Positions 25,620 through 37,507 of a stretch of 64,000 bases of DNA are shown piece after piece. This DNA is from Camelus dromedarius (taxonomy: Eukaryota): NCBI RefSeq assembly GCF_036321535.1, contig NC_087436.1, forward strand, positions 113,028,001-113,092,000, written 5' to 3'. Below the pieces are notes generated by a model, which saw nothing but the letters and a program-made list of their open reading frames with translations, searched no databases and was not told where the DNA came from. Position 1 is the stretch's first letter. Each line of letters starts with the position of its first letter. Made by a program: the position numbers and the translations under genes.

Positions 25620-26975
25620 CTCCCTGCTTCCCTCCAGGACCTCTGCTCCCATCCCCTCCCCTCCCTGCCCAGACAACTTTCCCTCCTCACCTGCATAATC
25701 ATAATAGGGTCATTCCTGCCCGTGTACAAAGGCTCCTTCCTTGGAAAAAGTTCTCTCTGGCCTTCACATCTCTTTCTAGACGTTACTCAGTTGTTCAGCC
25801 CTTTACAGGAAAACTCTTCAAACCCTCTCTTTCCTGAGCGCTGAACTCCCTGAAACTGCTCTTGCCAGGTCCTGTAATGGATTCTGTAACCCGGCATCCC
25901 CATGGCTCATGATCAGTCCTCAGCCCTCACCTCATTTGCCCCGTCAGAGGCATTTAGTAATGAAAGTGACTGGTCACTTTCTTTTTCTTGAAATATCTTC
26001 TTCACTTGGCATCTCAGACTTGCTCTCTCCTGGTTTCCTCCGACCCACTGGTGACTGTCTCCTCTCAGGCTCCTGGGCCGGTTTCCCCCATCTTCCGAGC
26101 AGCACACCAGCACCTCAACGCCTTCCCCTGCTGAGCTCGTCCTGTCTCCTACTGAATCCCAAATTCACATCTCCCAGAATGCCTGGCCTGCTTGTCCCAC
26201 AACCTTCCATGCTGCAATACACGGAACTCCACTGTCCCCAGGCCGGTTTGCCTTGGCGTCATTCTTGAGTCCTCTCTGTCATGTGATACACCGCATCCAG
26301 TCCGTCAGAAACCCTGCCCCCTTTGCCTTCAGATTATACCAGGAAACCGAGCACCTCTAAGCGCCCTGCTGTCATCGCCCTGGTCAAGCACTCTCGTCTC
26401 CCAGGGGTTTTGCGAGAGCCTCCTGACATCGCTGCTTCTCACTGTGCTTGCTACCTAAAGCCAGTTCTCTGCATTGGTGCCGAGTGAACTGTTCAACATG
26501 CAAGTGAGATCATGTCACTCCTCTGCTCAGAATCCTCCAGTGACCTCCCTCTCTCAACAGAGTAAATCCTAAATCCTTTCAGAGGATCTGCACTTGAATC
26601 TTCTCACCTCAGGGCCTTTGCACTTGCTGTTCCGTCTGCCTGGAACTCTCTTTCCTGAGACATCTTCCCTCCTCTTTTTCGATTCCTACAGGACTCTGCT
26701 CAGATTTCATTTTATCAGAGAGATCTTCCCTAAACACCCATAAAACAATGATAACCTCCCACCCTCCCTCTTCTGGAACTACCTAACCACCTTATCACGA
26801 TTTCTTTTTCATCGCACTTATCAGCAGCGGACACCTGCACTGATCTGTTACTGTCTGCCCATTCTCATTAGAATATAAGCTACAAGAGGGCAGGAGCGCT
26901 TGCTTGTTGTTTACCCCTAGAGCTTAGGACTGTGGCATCTAGTAGACACAACAAATGTGTGTCGAATGAATGACT
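25620..26975 (+). mobile_element. L2 LINE 3' portion
   Basis: L2 motifs gatcatgtcactcctctgctcagaatcctccagtg, cagggcctttgcacttgctgttcc, and terminal acaaatgtgtgtcgaatgaatga. Confidence 0.8.
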
Positions 26976-29939
26976 AAATCACTCTTTATTGTCTGTGTCT
27001 CCTTTGGCCACATTCTGGAACCCTTCAAAGCTTTGTGTTGTCCTCGTTGGGCTGCTATGAAGATTAAACAAGAGAACACGGGGAGAAACACCAGGCCTGA
27101 CAAATCACAAGCCCTTCCTAACATCCACGGAATCCGAATCTTAACTGGGACCTAGTCTTGTAAGCAGCTCATCTGACATGTTCAAGGTTTCATTGACCCT
27201 AATGGGGAGTTAGCACATTAAAGGGAAATAAAGCATCTGAAATTCTATTGTCTCCCGTTCAGACCTCCTCACAGGTGACAAAAAATGGAGGAAGGGAAAT
27301 GGTGAAAGCAGCAAAGAAAATAAAAGGGTGAGGAGGCAATCTAACGAGAATGAGGAGGCAGGTGATAAAAATGAAATGCTACAGAGCATGGACGCTCTCT
27401 AAACCCCAGCTCTGGGCATTATGAAGTGAGAAAAAAAAAAGAGCTGTGAAATATCTTAGCAACTGAAAAAATTCTCAGTAAATGAAAAAAATGTTATGTA
27501 TGAAAGAAAGAGAAGTAGAAAATGAAAAATGTAACAGGGCGGACTTTTTCTCCTCATTTTTTTCTGATCATTACCTTTGAATGAGTTTCTAAGGAAATCA
27601 GATGACATTCAAATTTATTTTTCTATGAACACTTTTGCTAAGAAAACTAATCAATTCTACCCAATATTAATATGCAGCTTGTCATCCTGATGTGCCCTGA
27701 GTGCCTGTTAGTAGATTCCTATCGGCAGCATCAGAATGAGAGCTGCGATTTACTGCCCTGGCTCTGTGTTCCCACTGGGTCTCACAGTTGAATTTCCAGC
27801 TTAGGAGCATATGCCGTAACTTACACAGGGCACACTCGGGCTTTCCTCGGAGGTCAGCCTCTGACAGCTTACGTGATTTGCCATCTTAGTTATTACAGGT
27901 CACATTCAGAGTTTGACCCCGAGACTCAGCGACTCCAGAGTCCTCCTCCATGCCGCTCTGCCTCTGTCTCCACACTTTTTCTTGCTTTAGCGATGTCAGT
28001 AACTATATAGAAACTCTTCTCTGTTAGCCTGTTATTCTGGAAATATTTACAAAGGAAAACTGCAGAGCATTGACCCCACGAGAAAGGGTTTTGGCTAGCC
28101 TGGGTCAATGATTTATTTAGTTTAACTCAGTGCAAAAAACAGAAGATATTTTTCAAGAAAAGTACTGACATCTTCATCCAAACAAATGGACCATTTCTGA
28201 GGGTTGTCAGATACTCTGAGGACCTGTGGGAATTCTACAGGATGCAGGAATAAAGGAATGAAGGTATATGGAAAGAGCAGCACTGTATGTAACACAATTC
28301 AACCTTAGCTGCTTAAAAAATAATACAGCATATGCGTCCTACTCCAGAACAGGGAAGACATGGGTTTACAGAAAGAGGGAGACCTTCGTAAAAAAAAAAA
28401 ATTGTATGGACCTGGGTTCAAATTCCAGCTCTATTTATCAGCTATGTGACTTTGGAGCAATGCCTGCACCTCTCTGAGGTACATTTCTGTGTCTGGAAAC
28501 TTGTGATCATAATTCCTACCTCAGTGAGTGATTATTTTATCACGGTTAAATGACAGACTGGAGTAAAATGCCTGGCCTGGACCAGGCTCTCGGTACTAGT
28601 AAGTGTTAACTATCAAGAAAAAGTGATGGGGAAAAGGAGGAGAAAGGGATGGGGAGGGGGAAAGCACTTAGGGTACAGGAATAAAAGTCGTAAGAAAGAC
28701 CTTAGGTGACGCCAAATTCCCCATTATCATCTTTGGTTGTCAATTTTCAATCTCTGGCACCAATAACCATAGCCCCTCTCTCCCTTCTCCCCGCTGGGCT
28801 CAGGGCAGTTTCCTTTCTGTTTCCATGTGTGGTGCTTCTGAAACCTCCCGCTGCCCTCACACCCTTGAGCGTGTGCTCCTTGTAGATGGCACTTTGCCTT
28901 TTCTGTCCTATTCTGTTAAAGCCTGGATCCCCGGGCAGGTGCCATGTGCACCCTTTTGATTTCATTACCTAATTCTACCAGTTATTCCAGCCACACCTCC
29001 CTGTAGTCAAGGTTAGTGACAAATAGCTTTATGGAATCATTTCATCAGCTCAGGATAACATATGTCGCCTCCAAAGAGTACACAGAAATACCACAGTGGG
29101 GCTGTGTGAGGTGACACGTGCCCAGTGCACTTATGTGATGCACTGAGTGCTCCCGGCCTCTCCCTGGGAGAAGTCTCACTGTGCTGTAAGCACTCAAACC
29201 CTTTTATAAACCTCTCATGGCTCTTAGCTCATTGTACTGTGATGATCTGTTTATAGGTCTGTCTTCCCAGTAAGCTCTGAGCTTCTGACCTGCTTTAGCA
29301 CGTTTTTGCTCACTCTAAACGTCTGCACCTTGCTGCAGCCTGGTGCCTTGATGATGCTCAATAAATGTTTGAAAGAATGACTCTGCATGAGCTCTAGGAG
29401 ATCATTTGAGAGAGATTTCATTCTGGTGCTGAATATACTTGCAGAATAAGTTATACGAAAACCCAGTAAACATACACATATTTCCTGTTAAGCTTTATGA
29501 GCCTTTCAGAGCACCTGTTTGCAATGAAGGGAAACAATCAGTTTAAATCGCAGAGGGTAGATTTCCTTGTAGTCTTTTGGTGAGAGCAGCCATCCTTTGT
29601 CTGCAACAGCCCTTCCTCTCGTGCCAAGGGATGCGAAGCTAGCAATAACTAGTATCTTGCCTCTCGAACAGTTTGAACTAAAGGGCCCAGAAATGCAGCA
29701 GCAAGTGTTTCCGGGAGACCAGAGCACAACAGGATGGCGTGGAAGTCCCGGGAAGGAAGCAGAGAGACCTTCTGGGAGGAATCCCACCCAGAGGCTGGCA
29801 CGAGCCAGACTTAACATTTCTTGCAAACCAGACACCAGGCAGTGGCTCAAATCAAAGCAGCCCGAGTCATGCTCTATGTTTTGATTCCAGAAAGTAAAAC
29901 ATAAAAAACAAGGACCCCTGCATGAACAATTCATTAAAT

Positions 29940-30480
29940 CGGCTCAGGGTATCCAGGGGAGAGGCTGAACTCCAAGCCCGCTACGGAAAGCGGACTCCCG
30001 CTGCTGCAGCCCTGCTCCCGGGGACAACCGATTTACCTTAAGGAACTTTACAAGGCACTTTGCAGGTCCCGCTTTCTGGGATGGAAGGAAAGTGGAGAGA
30101 GATGGGTCTTACTGTTGAATCTTCTAAAAAAAATCCCGGAAGGAAAGGCTGAAGGTCGGGCCGCCCCGGGCTGCTCCCTGGGAAGCTGCAGCCACGTCTC
30201 AGCAAAAACACCCACTTAGCAACCCGTTCCTAAGGACGGTCACTTGCTGGCTTTTTTTTTCTTTTAAAGTGACAGGTCACTTGTAGCAGTGGAACACAGG
30301 CAGGCGGGGTGAGCAGAGGCACCCAGCTTGCAGGAGAAGCACAAAGAGAAATCGGCGTGGGGGAGCTGGGTCAAAATTAAGTCCAGCTTTCAGAGCCGTC
30401 CCCTCCCGCATGGCATCTGCTCACTGGGCATTTCTGGGAAATGACAGGCGATGCTCAGGGGCGGGTGGTTTAGCATCAGA
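29940..30480 (-). promoter_or_regulatory. CC2D2A: CC2D2A promoter region (GC/CpG-enriched, GC boxes, RFX X-box-like motifs)
   Basis: Local GC/CpG enrichment about 5 kb upstream of the ATG exon. GGGGCGGG lies at 30458-30465, GGCCGCCCC near 30159-30167, CTTAGCAAC at 30215-30223 and GTTCCTAAGGAC at 30226-30237. A splice donor lies just downstream on the minus strand. Confidence 0.7.
30037..30230 (-). other. CC2D2A: CC2D2A non-coding first exon (5' boundary approximate)
   Basis: Donor CCTTGTAAAGTTCCTTAAG|GTAAAT at 30037/30036, with an alternative donor CA|GTAAGA at 30113/30112. No upstream ATG in this segment. Confidence 0.6.
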
Positions 30481-30733
30481 GCAAGGATGTCTAACTTATC
30501 TGCGGCACGGGCTCCCTGGAGGTTGCTCTGGAGTGTTTTCTGGTTCAGCATGGAACAGTAAATGTGCAAGATGAAACCCTGTGTAGTCTGTGAGCCCCAC
30601 TGAACTTACTGATGGGGGTGTAACTGTTACGGCTCAAAAAGCAAAAAAAAAAAAAAAAAAAAAAAAAGAGGCAAAGCAGATGGCAGAGAAATGGAATGAA
30701 CAGACCAAAGAAAGCCACACTCCAAGTACACTA

Positions 30734-30798
30734 GTGTGCGTGCGTGTGTGTGTGTGTGTGTCTGTGTGTGTGTGTGTGCGCGCGCGCACACGTGCGTG
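30734..30798. repeat. (TG)n/(CG)n alternating purine-pyrimidine microsatellite; poly(A) run at about 30643-30667
   Basis: Directly visible. Confidence 0.9.
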
Positions 30799-30886
30799 GT
30801 AGGGTGGGCAAGCCAGGCGCAGGAAGGAGGAAGTGAGCTGGCCCACTTTGCAGAACTCCAGAGAGAACTGGGATTTGTCTCAGCAG

Positions 30887-31316
30887 CGTGATGGGCTGAG
30901 TGGTGTCCCCCAGAAAGATACGTTCAAGTCCTAACCTCCCGCACCTCCGAACGTGGCCTTATTTGGACACAGGGTCTTCACAGACGTAGTCAGGTTAAGA
31001 TGAGGCCATTGGCTGGGCCCTAGTCCAGTAGGACCGTGTCCTTATAGAAAGGGGGGATTTGGGCACAGCCAGCCGTGCACAGAGGGAAGGCCACGGGGAG
31101 ACACAGGGAGAGCCCAATCAACCAGGCGGGGAAGGCCCGAGGCCCCCGGAAGTGGGAGTGAGACTGGAGCAGACTCTCCCTCGCAGCCCACAGAGGAGAC
31201 CAGTCCTCTAGCACCGTGATTTCTCACCCTTTTCTCCTCAATGGCAAGACAATTCTGCTGTTTTAAGCCAACCAGGGTGTGGTGCCTTGTTATGGCGGCC
31301 CCAGGAAATGACCACA
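30887..31316 (+). mobile_element. ERVL-MaLR solo LTR (MLT1B/C-like)
   Basis: tgatgggctgagtggtgtccccc...ccttatttggacacagggtctt...ttctgctgttttaagcca...ggaaatgaccaca. Confidence 0.85.
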
Positions 31317-32908
31317 GTCAGATGCCAAGACAAGTGAGGAGGGCCGTGAAGCTGAGCATGGAAGAGGATGTGAACGTCTGTGAACTGGGGGGCTGGGTCC
31401 TCAGACCCTCCCTTACCCCTGGCAGCCTGAGGAAGCATGCCCATCCTCCCTGGGGCCCTTGTCTGCCTCCCAGAGAAACTCAGGGTTTCCTCTCCAGGGA
31501 AGCTGAGCTGGAGACATTGGTCTCAAGTTCAGGTGCAGCAGAGGGTGGGTGTTTCTCCAGGCTGAAAACTGAGTATGAAATGGAGAGGTGGGCGGGGCGC
31601 ACTGTGAGCCCTTCTCACCAGCTGAGCCGACCACACACACCTGCGATCCCCTGCCCTGCCTCCACCAGCACCAAACTGGAAAACATGGGATGTGATTTTC
31701 TGGAGGAGTTCAATGTTCACAAAAAACAGACCCCCCCCAACACTGGCATTTCTGCACCCTCCAGTGAGAGAACTGGCATCTGGCCTTTCCAGAAAAGCAT
31801 TCCAGAGAAAGTGAGAGGATCACAGATTAGGAAATTCAGTACTTGTAGCTGTACAGAAAGAGAGAACCCGGAAATGAAAAGGTAGGATTTATCAAAGAAG
31901 TCATCCAAGGAAGACTCTCAGAACTGAAAGAAGTCTTTGAATTGAAGGAGACTACCAGCTAGTGCTGGCACAGGGAGCCCACGAGAAAACTGGTCCCTCT
32001 CCATTGGTGCTCTGTGCGTGGTGGGAAAAATATTCTCCAGAGACTTCAGAACCATTGGCTGGTGCCATGCTGCTTAAGTTGCCTTATTTATGCTACCTAC
32101 ATCATTTAGGAACCCCCCGAGTGACACATTTTAAAAAATAGTCTCAGACTACTGTATCCCCGTGGGGTACGAGGCAAGAGCGGACACAGAAGGTTTCTGG
32201 AGGGACACACCTTGGAGTAGTCAGTTCAGGACTGCCACAGGGAAACACTGCTGAAGATGCACTCATGATCCAAAGTCAGACACACGAAGGCGAACGGTCA
32301 GGAGTCTGCAGAAAATCAGAGGGTGCTGAAAGACATCAAGAGCTTCTGACAACACAGGAGAACTGGGAAAAAACAACGGCCGTAAAGGAACTTAAAAGGA
32401 GGCTTTGAAAATATGAAAGAAGAGTGAGATACTGTTAAAAAGATCAGGCAAAGGTTAAAAAGAACCAGCTAGAGCTTTTAGAAGTGAATAATAAAGTCAT
32501 GATTTTTTTTTAAAGCAAAGGATGGGTTCATTACAGAGGAGAGCACTGGAAAATAATGCGTGATATAAAAGATAGATTAAAAAAAATCAAATGTGGCACA
32601 GAGAGATGCAAAGTAGGAAAGAGTGGTTGGAGGACGTGGAGGAGAGACTGACAAGGTCCACCGTGTCTCGTGGAGTGAAGAGAAGAGAGAGAGGCAAAAC
32701 ATTGAATGCTGGCTCTTAAAGTTGAGGAATCTCGGTCAACTTCCTTAACGTCTCAAGGTTTCAGTTTCCTCATCTGTGAAGTGAGGTTACTAATAGTACT
32801 CACTCCAGCGAGTCATTATAAGGCTTATGAAGTTAATATTCGTCAAGTCCTGGTACATAGTAAATGCTGTAAAGTTTATCAAATAGAAAAAAAAATAACT
32901 GTGGGTGT

Positions 32909-33285
32909 TGTCTTAGCTCAGGCTGTTTAACAAACACCGTAGACGGGGCGGCTTAAACAGTAGAGGTTTATTTTCTCACCGTTCTGAAGGCTGGTAGCCT
33001 AAGCCGAGTTGCCGGCTGACTGTTCCTGGAGGGCTCTCTCCCTCCCTCGGCGGAGCCTGCGGGCCTAGTCCTCACATGGGCTTGCTTAGTGCGCGTGGGT
33101 CGCGCAGGCGGAAAGCTTCCTCTTTCTCCTCTTACAGAGCCATCGGTCCTATCAGGTTAGGCCCCACCCTTAAGACCTCATCTAACCTTAATTTCCTCCT
33201 AAAATCTCTGTCTCTAAATGTAGTGGCATTGAAGGTTAGCTGTCAGCATACGAGTTTTGGGGAAACACAGCGTATGTTTATCGTA
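32909..33285 (-). mobile_element. ERVL-MaLR solo LTR (MLT1A-like)
   Basis: tgtcttagctcaggctg...ggcttaaacagtagaggtttattttctcac...ggccccacccttaagacctcatctaaccttaat...gagttttggggaaacac. Confidence 0.82.
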
Positions 33286-33380
33286 AGAGGTCACCTACTT
33301 GAAGTGGTCGGCTGATAAAAGGTAGGGTTTGTTCACAACACTTGTGCTAATCAACCTTCCGGTTACGACCTCCCTAATCT

Positions 33381-33560
33381 GTTTTTTTTTTTTTAATTGA
33401 AGTGTAATGATACAAATGAACTTATTTACAAAACAGAAACAGACTCACAGACACAGAAAACAAATTTATGGTTACCAAAGGGGAAAGGTGGGGGAGGGTT
33501 AAATTAGGAGTTTGGGATTAGCAGATAGAACTACTATATAAAAAATAGATAAACAACAAT
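33381..33560. mobile_element. Short lineage-specific L1 insertion with internal inversion
   Basis: poly(T) plus aattgaagtgta (minus-strand L1 tail) joined to sense L1 3'UTR; flanks gacctccctaatct / gacctcccttatct. Confidence 0.8.
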
Positions 33561-34224
33561 GACCTCCCTTATCTTTTAATATCTAACTAAACTAAAGCAG
33601 TTCGTAAGAATTATACATCTCCTCATTACATTTAAAAGTTTTTAAAAAGCATCTTTCAAAACTGGCATTTCTGGCACAAATTCTTAAGCAAACAAAATAA
33701 ATGAATCTAGTAGATTTCTTTTCAATCAAAATCCAAAAATACCTTTCTTCTGTGTTAAGTGTTCCTATCTGGCTGAGGAGTTTTAATCATGAATGGGTGT
33801 TGAATCACATATCACAAGCTTTTTTTTTCTCCTTCATTTTTCTGAGATAACCAGATATGAGTTTACTTCTTTCATCCCTTAATGTCGTGGATTACATTGA
33901 CAAGCATTTTAATGTCAAACTTTCTTGCATTCCTGGTATACCCTAAACTTGGTCAAGATATTTTAAAAATTAGTTGTTGGATTTAGTTACTAATATTTAG
34001 ATTTGTTTTGCTTTAATGTCATTACTGAGTGTGGCCTATTGTTTTTCCTTTCCTGTGGTATTATGAAAAATAAAGAATATTCTAATATCAAAAAAACAGA
34101 CTAATCTTTCTCTCCCTGTCTTTCTCTGTCTATCTTTGTTTCTCTCTGACTCTTTAATGCACACACACACACACACACACACTCTGTTTTGTTAACTTGT
34201 CTATAAAACTGTTTGGGTCCAGTG

Positions 34225-35050
34225 AGATTTTTTTTATTACAAATACGTATATGACATAAAAATATATATGACATTAACTTTGCTATTTTAGCCATTTTTA
34301 AGTGCACCATTCAGCAGCATCAGTTACATTCACAATGTCATACAACCATCATCACTGTTCCCAAAACTCCTTCATTACCTCAAATAGAAGCTCTTTACTC
34401 TTTAAACAAGAAATGACAATTTCTTCTTCTTCTCAGCCTCTACGTTATTTTCTGTCTCTATGAATTTGCCTCTTCTACATATTTCATAGAAGTGGAATCA
34501 TACAATGTTTGTCCTTTTGTGTCTGGCTTTTCACTTAGAGTGTTTTCAAGGTTCGTCTACGTTGTAGTGTGTGTCAGTACATCATTCCTTTTTAAGGCTG
34601 AATAATAATCCATTGTATGCATAGACCACATTTTGCTTGTTCGTTCATCTGCTGGTGAACACTTGGTTATTTCCACCTTTTGGCTAATAGGAATAATGCT
34701 GCAATGAACAGTCACATACAAGTACCTGTTTGAGTCCTTACTTCCAATTCAATATATATACCTAGGAGTGGATTGTTGCATCACATGGTAATTCTATGTG
34801 TAACTTTTTGAGGAGCTGCCAAACTGTTTTCCACAGCAGCTGAGCAATTCTACATTCCCATCAGTCACGGGCAAGTGCTCTAATTTTTGTGTGTCCTCAC
34901 CAAGCCTTGTTATTTTCCATGTTTTGATGATCGCATAGGAGCTGTGAAGGGGTACCTCACTGTGGTTTTAATTTGCTTTTCCCTATGAGTAGTGATGCTG
35001 AGTACGGTAATTCACTGTACTTTTCGGCCATTTGTACATCTTCTTTGAAG
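34225..35050 (-). mobile_element. L1MB-like 3' end, within older L1 remnants (about 33730-35330)
   Basis: ccatttttaagtgcac...catttcatagaagtggaatcatacaa...cctttttaaggctgaataataatccattgtatg...gccaaactgttttccacagc. Confidence 0.85.
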
Positions 35051-35359
35051 AATCGGGGGTGTTGTGTGTGTGTGTATGTGTTGAGGAGAGGGGTTGGTTG
35101 TAGTTAGATTTTTGACCACTATTACAATTTTCTTTATTCTTATAAGCCTATTCAAATTCTACATTTCTTCTTGTTTTAGTATATTACATATTTTTAGGAA
35201 ATTGTCCGTTCTTTGTTTAAAAATTGATGGCATAAAGGTTTTCAAAATATTCCTTATTATTTTATTTCCTTATTATTTTAAAACTCTAACATGTAGGTAG
35301 TTATATTCCTTTTACTATTCCCAGTAACAAACATCCTGTGATCAATCTTGTTATGCTCC

Positions 35360-35918
35360 TGTGGTGGTTTTAAAACCAAACCTTCAAATTCATTGTTATT
35401 CCTTGGAGTGGAGTCTGTTTTCCCTCTCTTTGTGTCTGAGTGGACTTGTAACTGCACTGACCCACAAAGTATCAGGGAAGTGATGCTGGCTTGCTCACCG
35501 AGTTCCAAGACTGAGCCATAATAGATAATGTGGTCCCTATGTTGTTTGCTAGAACTTTTGTGCTTAGAGTCTCAAAGAAGAAGTTTGACTACTCTGAGGT
35601 CACCATGCTGTGAGGGGGTCAGGCCACCTGGAAAAGTCATGTGCACATTTTCTGTTTGGCAATCTTTGTCCTTAAGTCAAGGCTCTAGAACATGCACCTG
35701 AACAAGCCTTTGGAGGATTCTAGCCCCTAAACACTGAGCTACTTCACAGGGTTCCAGTTTTCTCAGCTGAGGCCCCAGATACTGTGGAGTAGAGATTATT
35801 TGAGCAGCTCTGCTCTGTTTAAATTCCTGACTCACAGAACCGATGTGCATAACAAAATGATTCTTTTAAGCTGCTGCATTTTGGGACCATTTGTTACAAA
35901 GCAGTAATAACTGTAGCA
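35360..35918 (+). mobile_element. ERVL-MaLR LTR (MLT1F/G-like)
   Basis: tgtggtggttttaaaa...gtggagtctgttttccctc...cagctgaggccccagat...aattcctgactcacagaac...ttgttacaaagcagtaataactg. Confidence 0.75.
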
Positions 35919-37284
35919 GTCACATCTTTAAAAACATGAATAAATAGATGAACGAATGAATGAATAGATGAATGAAATATAGTCATTATTTTTTTTAACA
36001 TGGAACTCTGAGGCACATAATTTTTACATGTATAACCAAAAAAAAAAATGACAAATACATTCAATGCTTTCAAGGGTAATGCCACTAAAGCATGATGTAG
36101 TTGAAGCCTCCTTGGAAGATTAGAACACTGGAATAAACATGGGAAAATTATAGCACCTGAGGTGAAACTCCTGTGCTATATATATTGTCTTTGGAAGAAA
36201 GCTGCAATGGGGCGTTATTTAAGTCAGTAAATGGCTAAACTATGCTTTTCACACCTGGACATATGGAGCGTAATTTCAGCTTTCGATGAATGTGTCATTC
36301 TCAATTGGCTCTTGGAATTTTATAATATTTTTGATTGTAGGTGACTCATTTTCCATGAAAGAAAAATGTATCACAGGGGAAAACACATCACTAAAATAAA
36401 GCCCAACTTGGAAGCTGAAGAATCACCTTTGAATCATAAATTTTATAAAACCACGTTCTTCAACATTTGATTTATATTTTCCAATTTACTGAATGATATA
36501 CATCTCCCCCTGCAATATAACTTGAACTCCAGTAAATTTGAACCTCTTGTTTCTATAGTAAATGGAGAGAAACACTTATTGACTCAGATATATTGGTTGT
36601 GGAGGCTGTTTGTATTTCATAGATAATAAAGCATTTAATTTTCTTCCTCCAGGGCTACGATTTTCAACCAGTTTTGAATTGCAACACTTTCCTCTTGCTT
36701 GCTTCATTTCACAACATTCTCACTTCCTAAGAGAGCTGTCTGGGCTACTGAGAATAAAATGCTGTAAGAATCATTTTATTTGGAGGCATATGTCATGATT
36801 TGAAATAACTGCAGACTCTCTTACATAGAGAAAACTGCTGCTCCAGTATGAGTAGTGAATTCTCACATTTCTCTCATTGGAAAAGTTATTTTCCTACATT
36901 TTTCACATTCTCTTTTTTTCTAGCTACTTCCCTCACAGGTATGACCGGCATCACCAGCCTAGGGGACAAATAACATCATGACATTCTCATTTTCTAATTA
37001 GTTGCTTGAAAATGTGCTTGCTTTTATTAGCAGGACATCCTTGAAGCCTCATTTTCACTTGGAGTTGTTCATAAATCTTGAGAAGTTTACTTGATTCAAA
37101 CAGTAGTCCTGTATCCAGATGCCAATGAAGAGAGAACAGAGTCAGCCAGCAGGCTTCTGTGGGAAATGGCCCCCAAGAGGTCTGAGCATTTTTGCCCTCG
37201 GCTACATCGATGTGTCTGATGCTCCAAACACCCTTACCAGCCTCCTCACATTTGAATTTCCAGGTTACCCGCTTCTATTCTTAA

Positions 37285-37507
37285 CAGTGCTTCTCAACCA
37301 GGGTTGAGTTTTGCCGTCGCAGGGGACATTTGGCAGAGTCTGGAGACATTTTTGGTTGTCACAACTTGGGGGAAGGTATGATTGGCATCTGATGGGTAGA
37401 GGTCAGGGATGCTGCTAAACATCCTACAATGCACAGGACTGCCCACCTCCCCAGAGGGAGAATCATCTGGCTCAAAACGTTGATAAGCACCAAGGCTGAG
37501 GGACCTG
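37285..37507 (+). mobile_element. MER20 (hAT-Charlie) DNA transposon
   Basis: cagtgcttctcaacc...ggggacatttggca..gtctggagacatttttggttgtcacaac...gggatgctgctaaacatcctacaatgcacagga matches the recalled MER20 consensus. Confidence 0.9.

Noticed and set aside
27575..27622. Possible extra non-coding CC2D2A exon (donor AAAG|GTAATG at 27574)
   Set aside because: The acceptor is weak and ambiguous, and several similar donors occur in this intron. Cannot be supported without transcript data.
31241..31885. 214-aa plus-strand ORF (also 40607-41212 and 21801-22397)
   Set aside because: No recognisable domain or exon structure. The first starts inside an LTR, and such lengths occur by chance in GC-rich non-coding DNA.
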